Assembly: GCA_963752285.1 (NCBI GenBank)
Contig: CAVVXN010000002.1
Span: 384,001-448,000 of the forward strand
DNA from: an uncultured Planctomycetota bacterium
GTDB taxonomy: Bacteria > Planctomycetota > PLA2 > JAEUHO01
Length of the DNA: 64,000 nucleotides
Reading direction: 5' to 3'
The translations under genes and the position numbers were made by a program. Shown piece after piece: positions 29,695 through 40,000 of this stretch (its first letter is position 1; the number at the start of each line of letters is the position of its first letter). The notes beneath the pieces were generated by a model that made no database searches, was not told where the DNA came from, and saw only the letters and a program-made list of their open reading frames with translations.

Positions 29695-31176
29695 TCAGGA
29701 CCCGGACCCGGACGGGTTTCGGCGCCCGCGCGCCGCTTCGATGCGGGCGCGCACGCCGTCGAGCACCGGATGCGACGAGCGGACCTGCGGTCCGAGCACG
29801 CGCCGCGGCGTGGCCTTGGGCGCCGGTGCGGCACGGGGCGTGGCGGGGGCCCGCGCCGCGGGCGCGGCACGGGGCGTGGCGGGGACCCTCGGCGCCGGCG
29901 CGGCATGGGGCGTGGCGGGGACCCTCGGTGCCGGCGCGGCGCGCGGCGCCGGAGCGGTGGTGACCGGAGGCGGCGTGGTGCGGTCCGGGCCCTGGATGCT
30001 CCCGCGGCCGCGGCGGCGCCACGCGTCCACGCTCTGGCCGTCTACGACGTTGGGGGTCGGCGCGAGGATGCGCCGCGGGGGGGCCACGATGGGGCGACGA
30101 GCGGGAGCCGGCGTCGGCGCGGTCCTCCCCGGAGGCGTTACGACGCGCGGGGTCGGGGTGGGCCTCGCCCGCGGCGACCACCGGGTGATCGGAGCCGCCG
30201 GCGCCAGAGGCTGCGTCCGCGCGCGCGCGGTGGGCGCGGCGTTCGATCGCCAGATCGTGTTCGTGTACCTCCTCGGAGGGGGCGGCGTCACGTTCACCAT
30301 CCGCATCCCCGTTCCGCGGGTGCCGACGCGCGGTGCGGCGGGCCTCGCGATCCCGACCGACTCGCGCCACCCGGAGTGGAGCCAGGGCTGGTCGGCGTGC
30401 CGCGGCGCGCTCCAGAGCAGGGGCCGGCGCGTGCCCCAGTCGGCGGCGCTGTTGCGCCAGCGGCCCCACCACCACGTGTCGCCGTAGTCGTAGATCCCGT
30501 AGCCCCACAGGATGCGGTAGCGACCCCAAAGGCCGCGGCTACCGAACGAGAACGAGAGCCACGACCGGTAGAAGACGAGCCCCGGCGCCCAGGAGTCGAG
30601 CGTCCAGGGGTCGTAGACGGGGATGTAGACGTAGTTGGGATTCCGCGCCACGATGACGATCGTGGTCCCCCGCTCGACGGCGACGACCTGGTTCTCGGTC
30701 GACACGAGGGCGCCTCTGGCCAGGGCCCTCGCACGGTAGCGCTGGACCGCGTCGAGGACGTCCGCCTGCGCCGTGGCGACGGCGAACCCCATCTGCTCGA
30801 CCCAGGACGGGTTGTCGCCCATCCACTCGAGCACGTCCGGGAACTGGAGGAGGGCCACGAGGCTCGCGTCCCACGTGGAACCCGCCGGCGCGCCCTGGAC
30901 CACGCCACGATTCGATGCGACGAATCGGGCCGCCGCCACGACGTCGAGCGGAGCCTCGGTGGCGGGGAGCAGGGAATCGAGGACGACGTCGGGGTAGAGC
31001 GCGACGGGGGCGACCAGCTCGTCGAGCTCCGCCGCGGAGAGCAGAGCCGGTGCATACGGGTCGTCGGGCTGTCCCATGGCGCGGGCTCCCCCGACCGTGA
31101 TCGCCGCGAGCGCCACGAGGGTGCCGGCGAGGGAAAGCATGGAACGGCGCCGGGTGGGGAGGACGGTCGGGCGCAT
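29695..31176 (-). CDS. DUF3300 family secreted protein with Pro/Ala/Arg-rich tail
   Basis: ELDELVAPVALYPD, WDASLVAL..FPDVL, DVLDAVQRYR, VYIPVYDP; usual neighbour of DUF2950. Confidence 0.88.
   Translation of the reverse strand: MRPTVLPTRRRSMLSLAGTLVALAAITVGGARAMGQPDDPYAPALLSAAELDELVAPVALYPDVVLDSLLPATEAPLDVVAAARFVASNRGVVQGAPAGSTWDASLVALLQFPDVLEWMGDNPSWVEQMGFAVATAQADVLDAVQRYRARALARGALVSTENQVVAVERGTTIVIVARNPNYVYIPVYDPWTLDSWAPGLVFYRSWLSFSFGSRGLWGRYRILWGYGIYDYGDTWWWGRWRNSAADWGTRRPLLWSAPRHADQPWLHSGWRESVGIARPAAPRVGTRGTGMRMVNVTPPPPRRYTNTIWRSNAAPTARARTQPLAPAAPITRWSPRARPTPTPRVVTPPGRTAPTPAPARRPIVAPPRRILAPTPNVVDGQSVDAWRRRGRGSIQGPDRTTPPPVTTAPAPRAAPAPRVPATPHAAPAPRVPATPRAAPAARAPATPRAAPAPKATPRRVLGPQVRSSHPVLDGVRARIEAARGRRNPSGSGS
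29810..29950 (-). repeat. ~36-bp tandem repeat encoding (APAPRVPATPxA)n in the DUF3300 tail
   Basis: ggggcgtggcgggg(a/g)ccc recurs about 3 times at 36-bp spacing. Confidence 0.8.
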
Positions 31177-31209
31177 GACGGGCTCCACGGACAGGAGGTG
31201 CGGACGTCC

Positions 31210-31238
31210 CTTGGATGCCGTGCCCGACGCCTCGGGCC
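31210..31238 (-). promoter_or_regulatory. Candidate ECF promoter, GGCCC-N14-GGCATCCAAG, upstream of DUF3300
   Basis: cttggatgccg at 31210-31220; the same 11-mer lies before three other genes. Confidence 0.55.
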
Positions 31239-31387
31239 CGACAATCCACGCGCATGGCCCCCGCGGCACCGCGCGACACGAGAACGGGCCGCGAGGCGTC
31301 GTGTGCCTCGCGGCCCGCGGTGGAGCATCGAGTCGGTTCCGGCGCGCGTGCGCGCCCCGGACCGGACCGCGCGGATCCGCGTCCGGG

Positions 31388-32578
31388 CTATCGACTGAGG
31401 CTCGTGTACACGCTCTCGGTGACTACGCGCGAGGTGCCCATCTGGGTCCCCGCGTGAGTCGCGTGCCCGTCCGGGACGACCGTCACCCACTCGCCGGGGA
31501 TCACGCGGCTCTGGGTGAACGTCACGGTCCGCTCGGGCTGGACGATGTACGTCTCGGTCCGGTAGCCCGCGAGGCGACGCTCGGTCCGCGTGCCGTTCTG
31601 GACGACCTCCACGCGGGTGCCGGCGAAGACCTGCCGGGTGTCCGTGCGCGCCAGGTATCGCTCCGGCCGCGTGCCGGACTGGTACCGCTCGGTGCGGTAG
31701 CCGGCGAGGCGCTGCTCGGTTCGCGTGCCGTCCTGGTAGGACTCGCAGCGGGTGCCGCGGGTGTACTGCTGGGTGGTGTAGCCGGCGAGGCGCCGCTCGG
31801 TCCTCGAGCCGCACTGGACCCGCTCCGTGCGATAGCCCGACAGGCGCTGCTCGGTACGGGTTCCGCTCTGGTAGCGTTCGGTCCTCGAGCCGCAGACCTG
31901 CACCGTGGTCTGGCCCGTGCACGGGTCACAGACCGTTTGCGTGACGGGGACTTCCCGCGTGGCGTACTCGGGGATCTCTACGCCCGCGTACTCGGGGACG
32001 CACTGGTTCCGGTACACGGGAACGTCCACGTTCTCGTACTGCGGCACCCGGCACGTAGCCACGACGGGCACCTGCCTCGTCCTGTACACGGGAACCTCCA
32101 CGTTCGCGTACTCCGGCACGCATCGGTTCGCGTACACGGGGATCTCCCGCGTCTCGTAGACGGGGACGTCGCACGCGCGGTACTGCGGCGTGCAGCGGCG
32201 CACGTAGACGGGCACCTCGACCTCGCGGTACTGCGGCACACGGCGGCATGCCGTCTCCGCCGGGATCCTTCGCTCGCACGGGGCGCACTCGACGCGGCAC
32301 GGAATCCACGCGCGACGCGTGCAGGGGACCTGACACGGGACGGTGCACGGCGGGCCGACGAGGGCCGCGTCGGCGGACACAGCCGCGTCGGCGGACGGAG
32401 CCGGGACGCCGTCCGCGGGGGTGTCGAGGGCGAACGGACCCGCGGTCGGGGGCGCGTCCTCGTCGGCGGCGGCGGACAGGGACGCGACGCTGAGCGTCGC
32501 GACGAAGGCGAGAGCGACATACGTGGCGATGCGGGCGAGGCGAGGAACAGCTCGCTCGGCGGGAACTCGGCAGGACAT
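31388..32578 (-). CDS. Secreted Cys/Val/Tyr/Thr-rich mirror-repeat protein (YTV-like composition)
   Basis: RBS ggag plus ATG 32578; signal peptide; 13 VPxYxxxx repeats, CDPCTG, 13 GxRTExxxx repeats. Confidence 0.85.
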   Translation of the reverse strand: MSCRVPAERAVPRLARIATYVALAFVATLSVASLSAAADEDAPPTAGPFALDTPADGVPAPSADAAVSADAALVGPPCTVPCQVPCTRRAWIPCRVECAPCERRIPAETACRRVPQYREVEVPVYVRRCTPQYRACDVPVYETREIPVYANRCVPEYANVEVPVYRTRQVPVVATCRVPQYENVDVPVYRNQCVPEYAGVEIPEYATREVPVTQTVCDPCTGQTTVQVCGSRTERYQSGTRTEQRLSGYRTERVQCGSRTERRLAGYTTQQYTRGTRCESYQDGTRTEQRLAGYRTERYQSGTRPERYLARTDTRQVFAGTRVEVVQNGTRTERRLAGYRTETYIVQPERTVTFTQSRVIPGEWVTVVPDGHATHAGTQMGTSRVVTESVYTSLSR

Positions 32579-32862
32579 GGGAAATCTCCAGTGGATCCGA
32601 AGGGATGTGGGTGGGGGGAATGGGAGAGGACGAGGCGCGTGGGTCGGAGACGGCCGGGCGGCGGCGGCCCGGCTGGCGACGGGCGGGGACATGTGCCGTC
32701 GGGCACCGGCGGTCGTGGGCGGGTCTCGGCCCGCCGCCCCTCGGGGACGGTCCTCGCCGCCGGTTGCCCGCCCCCGCGCAGGCGGAGCCGACGGCACGAG
32801 CCTCGAGAGCCCCGGGGGGCCTGGTCACGACGAGAGGGAGCCGCGGTGCGAAGCGGCCTCGG

Positions 32863-33030
32863 TCAGAGGGACCTCGCCCGGCGTCCGAAGAAGAACGACG
32901 CGACGAGCAGCACGAGGAAGACGAAGAACAGGATCTTCGCGAAGCCGAGGGCGGTGGCGCCCAGCAACCCGAATCCGAAGACTCCGGAGACGAGGGCCAG
33001 GACGAGGAGCAGGAAGATCAAGCCGATCAT
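32863..33030 (-). CDS. DUF1328 (UPF0391/YtjA-like) small membrane protein, 55 aa; absent from the ORF track
   Basis: Read by hand: MIGLIFLLLVLALVSGVFGFGLLGATALGFAKILFFVFLVLLVASFFFGRRARSL; RBS aggaga. Confidence 0.9.
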   Translation of the reverse strand: MIGLIFLLLVLALVSGVFGFGLLGATALGFAKILFFVFLVLLVASFFFGRRARSL

Positions 33031-33520
33031 GTTGCAGTTCTCCTGAGGCGGCGGATCTCGAGATCGCCCGTCTTCAAGACCGGGCCCGGCGGCGAAGCGC
33101 GCGTCTCCATCGCCACACCTTCGAGACGTTCGGCTCCGAAGGAGCCTTGGTTTCGACGTGGCCCGGAACCGATCGTGCGCCCGTCACCCACGCCCGAGTC
33201 CCTCTTGGGGCTGTTGAGCCGCATGCACCAGACCAGAGGCTCGGGCGACGACCCGGATCCCCTCGCAACCGAGCGTGGCAGTCCGTGTCGCCACCTGATC
33301 AGATGCCGGGGGCCGACGATGGGCACGGGGAATCCGGCGCGGCGGGAGTCCCGGCCGGGGCGAGGAGCGTTCGGGCGGCGACGCGGGGGCCGAGACCCAC
33401 CGGTCGGCAGCGGCCGAGTCGGGATCCGAGTTCGTCGTTTCCAAGCCTCGGTGCCGTACCCGGCGCGTATGCTGACGCTTCGAGCCATCACGGGCCGTCG
33501 GGTCGTGATCCATCATGATC

Positions 33521-33563
33521 GTGACGCGTCGAGATGGTGACCCGTCGAGATGGTGACCCGTCG
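33521..33563. repeat. 16-bp tandem repeat gtgac(g/c)cgtcgagatg, about 2.7 copies
   Basis: Directly visible in the sequence. Confidence 0.8.
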
Positions 33564-34047
33564 CGCGTCGAGGGGACACGTCCCCTGCCGTCGCCTGCAA
33601 GGAGGGTTTCATCGTGGCAACCGGTCGAGGTCGCGGGGTCGAGAAGTTCCATTCGTCCCGAGGCGCCGCCAAAGCCCAAGGCAGCGACAAGGACCGCCAC
33701 CGCGCAACCGACCACGGCCGCGCGCAGCAGGCGATGGGCAGCGGTGGACGGTCCGGCGGCACGAAGTCGGCGGGTGGCCGTGTGCGCGGCGGATCGCATG
33801 GTGGCACCCGAGGTCGAGGGCGAACCACCGGCGGATCCCACAAGTAGCCCTGCGGGGCGGCGGGAAGCGGGCCGAGAGCGGCCCCGGGTCGAGAGCCCGG
33901 GCCCACGGAATCGGGCCCACGGAACCGGGCCGGCGGGCCTGTCGGATCCGGGCGCGATGGCTCGCAGCGCACGGGCTCGCGGTCCCGGAAGCCGAGACGC
34001 CCGGCCGGGGCGCGGGAAGCACGTGCGGACGCTCCTCTCGGAGAGGG

Positions 34048-37000
34048 TCAGCTCCGGCGACTGGCCATCGGGGCGCGCTCGCCGAGCACGAGTCCGATTC
34101 GATGGACCCCACCGTCGTCCACGAGGGGGATCTCACACGGATCCACCGGGCTCCCGTCCAGGACGGCCTCGGCGGCGCCCCGGCCCCGGCGCTCCGGGTT
34201 CTCGACCTCGATCTCGTATCGCGTCGCGCCGAATCGAAACGCGATGGAATACCCGGGCCATCCCGCGGGAATGCAGGGGGCCAGCCTGAGCGTCGCGCCG
34301 CGTCGCTGGAGCCCGAGGATGCTCTCGAGGCCGGCCCGGTACATCCAGCCGGCCGAGCCGGTGTACCAGGTCCAGCCGGCCCTTCCGGCGTGAGCGGGAT
34401 CAGCGAGCACGTCCCCGGCGAGGACGTAGGGCTCGGCCTGGTACCGCTCGACGTCACCCGCGGTCCTCGTGTGATTGACGGGATTCAGCATGTGGAAGAG
34501 CTCGACCGCCTCGTCGCCGGAACACAGCTCGGCCAGGGCCATGATCGTCCACACCGCGGCGTGTGTGTACTGGCCGCCGTTCTCTCGGACCCCGGGCGGG
34601 TAACCCTTGATGTAGCCGGGCTGCTGGGGCGAGCGGTCGAAGGGCGGCGCGAGCAGCGGCAAGATCCCGGGCCCGCGCTGGACGAGGTGCGTGCGGACGG
34701 CGTCCATGGCACGCTCGGCGAAGCGGATCGGCACCGCGGCCGAGAGCACGGCCCACGACTGGGCAACCGAGTCGATCCGACACTCGTCGTTCTGGGCGGC
34801 GCCCAGGGGGGCGCCGTCGTCGTAGTAGCCGCGCCGGTACCACTCCCCGTCCCACGACTGTTCCAGCATCTCCCCCAGGTGCCGGGCCTCGCGCCGATAG
34901 TGCTCGGCCCGTGCCCGGTCGCCTCGCGTCTCGCAGAGATCGGCAAAGTCGCACAGGATCGGGTGGAGGAAGAAGCCCAGCCACGTGCTCTCGCCCCGTC
35001 CTTGCCAGCCCACCCGGTTGAACCCGTCGTTCCAGTCTCCGCTGCCGATCCGTGGCAAGCCGTGCGCGCCGGCGGTCAAGCCCCTCTCGATGGCGCGCAG
35101 ACAGTGCTCGAAGAGGGCCGCCTGCTCCTTGGACACGCGGGGTAGGATGTAGGCCTCCTGCGACTCCGGGGCGAGCGGCGGCGCCTCGAGGAAGGGGACG
35201 ACCTCGTCCAGCACCCCCGCGTCGCCCGTCGTCCGCACGTAGTGAGCCACGGCGTGGGGAAGCCACAGCAGGTCGTCCGAGCACCGGGTGCGCGTACCGC
35301 GTCCGCTCGGCTCGTGCCACCAGTGCTGGACGTCGCCTTCCACGAATTGCCGACGTGCGGCACGCAGGAGATGCTCCCGCGCGAGGTCCGGCCGGGCCCA
35401 TCCGAGGGCCATGACGTCCTGAAGCTGATCCCGGAATCCGAACGCCCCTCCGGGCTGGTAGTAGCCCGTCCTCGCCCAGAGTCGGCAGCTCAGGTCCTGG
35501 TAGAGGAGCCAGCCGTTCATCAGCAGATCGAAGGAGTCGTCCGGCGTGCGCACCTGTACCGCGCCGAGCGTGGCGTCCCAGAGCCGACGTACCGCGGCGA
35601 GAGCCGCCTCCGCCGCCGCCGCCGGGCCGTGGCGTTCCACGAGCTGACGGACCCCCGCGGCGCTGCTCGCCTGGCCGAGCAGGAACACGAGGCTCCGCTC
35701 CTCTCCCGCGCCGAGGTCGATCGACACGTGCAGCGCCGCGCACGGGTCCAGGCCGGCCCCGAACCGGCCCGAGAGCGCCTCGCGCGCGAGGGCCGCGGGA
35801 CGCGCCAACGAGCCGTTGCGGCCGAGAAACGACGCTCGGTCGCCCGTGGCCGAGCGGAGGGCCTCGCTGGCGTGTGCGAACGCCACCTGCCCTCTCTGCT
35901 CGGTGTTGTAGGGGTTCTGGGCCAGGATGGTGCCCGTCGCCTCGTCGAGCTCGGTTACCACGTGCATCGAGTAGCCCGGGCGCGGCGGACCCAGGATCCA
36001 CTCGTTGTACGCGAAGACGCTGAGGTGGCGCCGCGAGCCCCCCTCGTTCCTCAGGGTGAGGCGCGAGAACTTGACCGGGTCCTCCGGGTCTACGAAGACG
36101 TCGAGCTGCTGCCGGAGTCCGTGTGACGATCGCGAGAAGCTCGTGCATCCCGCAGCGTGCCGGACGACGACGCGGCCGCTGGCCGACGTGCGCGGCGTCG
36201 GGCCCGGAGTCGCCGCCCACGCCTCGCCCGTGTCGTCGTCACGGACGAACAGGGCCTCGGCCGTGGGGTCGGTCACGGGGTCGTTCGAGAACGGCGTCAG
36301 GCGGTTCTCGGAGCTGTTCGTCGCCCAGGTGAACGCGGCTCCCGACGCGGTGATCACCGTTCCGAAGCGGGGATTGGCGATCACGTTCGCCCACGGAAGC
36401 GGCGTCTCCGCCTCGCCGTCCAACACGATCACGTATTCGCGGCCGTCGCCCGTGAACCCACCCAGGCCGTTGTAGAGGGAGAGCGGAGGGACGTCGATGG
36501 TCGCAGGCGACGACGTCGCGGGAGCTGGCGCGCGCGAGGGCTCGAGATCGGGCGGTTCCGGCGGCGTCCAGTCCGCGCCAACGCGATCGAGCTGTGCCGA
36601 CAGGCTCCCTTGGTCGCCGACCAGCACGGCCCGCGCCAACGCGGCGAGCAGCAGCCGCTCGGCCTCGCCCAAGCGGTCCGCACGCAGCAGGTAGGCACCG
36701 CCGGGTTGTTGGTTCCACGCCCGCCACGGGCCATTGTCGAGCAGCGCCGTGATCTGGTCGTGCATCTCGTCCAGATAGCCGATGGGGTGCTCGTTCAAGA
36801 TGACGACGTCCGCCCGGAGCCCCTTGAGCCGCCAGTACTCCTGGGCCTGCAACACCTCGCGCACCAGCGACAGATCGTCCTCCTCGACGACCCTCACGAG
36901 GAGGATCGGGAGGTCTCCCGATATCGCATGCGGCCACAGCCCCTCCTGTCCGAGCTCGCTCCGGGCCAGGATCTTCGGGCTCGCACGCAACGACTGATCG

Positions 37001-40000
37001 CGGTACAGGACGCGGGACGCCAGGCGCTCGTAGCGGATCTCGTCCTCGGGGGTGATGCCCAAGTGCAGGGACGCGCTGCGCACCTGCGCGGCAGCGAGGG
37101 CGAAGCTCCGCGCGACGGCGCTGGGGTCGCGGTACTTCTCGGCCAGCGCCAGGGCTGTCTCGCGGGAGAAGGCCAGGCCGGTCGTGAACGACATCCGCAC
37201 GAGTTCCCCGGGTGCAAGCCGGATGCGCTGACGCAGGCTCACGATGGGGTCGAGCCCGAGCCCGGTCGTGCCGGAGAGGGAGCGGCCGTCGAGCGCCTGG
37301 GGGTTCTCCAGCGACCTCCCGCGGCCCAGGAAGCGCATGCGGTCGCTCTCCCACTCGACGGGACCCAGCGACCGGCCCTCCACGCTCAGGACGTGTACGG
37401 CCCACAGCGCCTCCTCATCGACCGCGCGCGGCCGGCGCCGGCAGAGGAGCGCCGTCCTCTCCGGCAGGTACTCCGTCTCCACGAAGAGCTTTCCGAAGGC
37501 GGGATGGGCGATGTCGTCCGCCGCCGGGGCGAGGACGATCTCCGCGTAGCTCGTGACCTCGATCTCCCGGGGGCGGTCTCCCCGGTTCGTGACCGCGATC
37601 CGTCGTACCTCCACGTCGTCCTCCGTCGAGACCGCAATCTCGAGGAGCGTGGCGATGTCGTCGTCTCGGCGACGGAACGACACCTTCCCCGGGAGGAACG
37701 TCACGAGGTAGTCCTCGGGCTCTCGGCACACGGGCTGATACGCGGCCGACCACGCGGTCCCGCTTCGCACGTCCCGCAGATAGACGAACTGGCTCCCCGG
37801 GTCCCGGGTGGCGTCCTCCCGGTACCGGGTCACGACGCGGCCCCGACAGAAGCTCGCCCCCCCTCCCGCGTTCGTCACCACGGTGGTGTAGCTGCCGTTG
37901 GACAGGAACTGGGCATGAGGCCACCGCGTGTGCGGCGAGCGGAAACGACGAGGGGCGGGAGCGGTGACCGACCCCCCCGACCGCGTTTCCTCGACGGGTC
38001 GAGGTTGGACGACGGGAGCGTATCGCGGCACGCGCTCCTGTAGCAGCAGCTCCGTGGCCTCGACGCGCGGGTCCGCGTGGAACCGCTTCACCATGGGGTC
38101 GCCCAGGAGCACGTTGGCGAGCGAGACGAGGGTCATCCCCTGGTGGTGCGCCATGTACGTCTTCACGATCGTTCCGCGCGAAGGGCCATCCCCCTCGGCG
38201 GCGCCCGGGTCCTCGTCGGGCGTCACGTGGCTGTAGTCGATGGCCTCGTAGTACCCGTAGGCACCCGTCAGTCCACGCGCGGCCAGGCGCCGCAGGTTGC
38301 GAGCCGCGAGTCGGGGCTCGACCATCGCGGCGAGGGCGGTCGCGTAGGGGGCCACCACCAGCTCGTCTCCGAGGCCCCGCTTCAGGCCCAGGCCGGGAAC
38401 GCCAAACGCCTTGTATTGGTAGACTCGATGGCGGTCCACGAGTCCGTAGGCACACTCCGAGATCCCCCAGGGGGACCCTCGCCCCGCCGCGTACTCGATC
38501 TGCCGGCGAACGGCCATCCGACAGGACTGGTCGAGGAGGGTCTCCGGGTAGCTCCTCATCACCAGGAGCGGCATGAGGTACTCGAAGAGCGTGCCGCTCC
38601 AGGAGAGCAGCGTGGGCGTCCCGTCGATGCTCGTGAGCAACCGCCCCAGGTGAAACCAGTGCGCTTCGGCCACGTCGCCCCGCGCGATGGCGATGAAACT
38701 CGCCAGACGCGCTTCCGATGCGAGGAGGTCGTAGTAGGACGCGTCGAGTCGGCCCGGCCTCTCCGCATCCGCGAGGTGATAGCCAATCGAGAGGATCCGG
38801 CGCTGCGGGTCGTGGAGGAAGCCAAAACCCATACCGTCCGCGAACGCGGCCGCGCGGCGGGCGAGCCGCTCGAGACCGACCTCGCGCAGGCCCTCGGCCA
38901 GCGCCAGGAGCGAGCCGGCCAGGTTCCCGCTGTCGACGGTCGATACGTACCGGGGGTAGAGGGGCGCCAGGCTCGTCGTGTCGTACCAGTTGAGCAGATG
39001 ACCCTCGAAGCGCTCCAGCCCCTCCATGGTCGTGAGGGTCGCTTCGATCCGCTCGGCCAGGGCGTCCGTCGCAATGAAGCCGAGGTCGTGCGCGGCCAAC
39101 GTAGCGAGCAACCCCATGCCGATGTTCGTGGGAGAAGTCCGGTGGGCCACCCGGGGCTCGGGCGTCTCCTGGAAGTTGTCGGCGGGCAGGCTGTGGCTGT
39201 CGGGGCCCATGAACGCCTCGAAGAACCGCCAGGTCTCGCGTGCGACCTGCTCGAAGAGCGTGCGGTCCTCCGGGCTCAGGTCCCGCCGGTGGTCGCGGAC
39301 GGGTCGACTCAACGCGTAGGCGATCAGCGGGGCGACGGCCCACAGGGCGAGCACGGGCGCGGCCGCCGGCAGTGCGGCCGGGCGGACCACCCACACGACG
39401 ACGAGGCCGAAGAGGGCCATCAGCGGACTGGCGATCATCCCTCGTGCGAATGTCCGCACGCGGGGCGGGCCGCCGCCCCGCTCCGCGCTGGCCGCCGCCG
39501 TTTCCCACTCCAGCATCCGGCGATGCGTGACGGAGATCCGGACGAGGGTCAACGCGATCGCGTGCGCCCCCTGCCAGGCCTCGTTGGCCAGGAAGGCGAG
39601 GCGCAGCCCGGTCTGGGCGAGCGCCTCGCTCACGTCGTTCGCCAGGAGGCGAACGAACACGTGCCATGGCTGACGCGGCCTCGGTCCGGCGGCGCCCTGC
39701 AGGATCAGCGGGTAGAGCGGAAACGCCAGGGAGACCAGGAGCGCGGCGGTCCACACCGCCGGACTTCCCGGCAGGGTCGTCCAGGCGAGGAAGAGCAAGA
39801 CGACGGTGGCCGGGGCCAGGAGACTGCGCCTCAGGTTGTCGAGGATCTTCCAGCGCGAAACGAGGGGGAGACGGTTGCGCTGAAGGCCGGACCGTGTCGG
39901 GACGAACGGGAACAGCCACCACAGGATCTGCCAGTCACCGCGCACCCAACGGTGTTGGCGGCGCGTGTGGGCGAGGAAGGTCGAGGGATAGTCGTCTACG

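Noticed and set aside
31541..32239. Repeats in the hairpin gene as a DNA inverted repeat or DGR template/variable pair
   Set aside because: The symmetry is at protein level only; the arms are not reverse complements, and there is no reverse transcriptase in the window.
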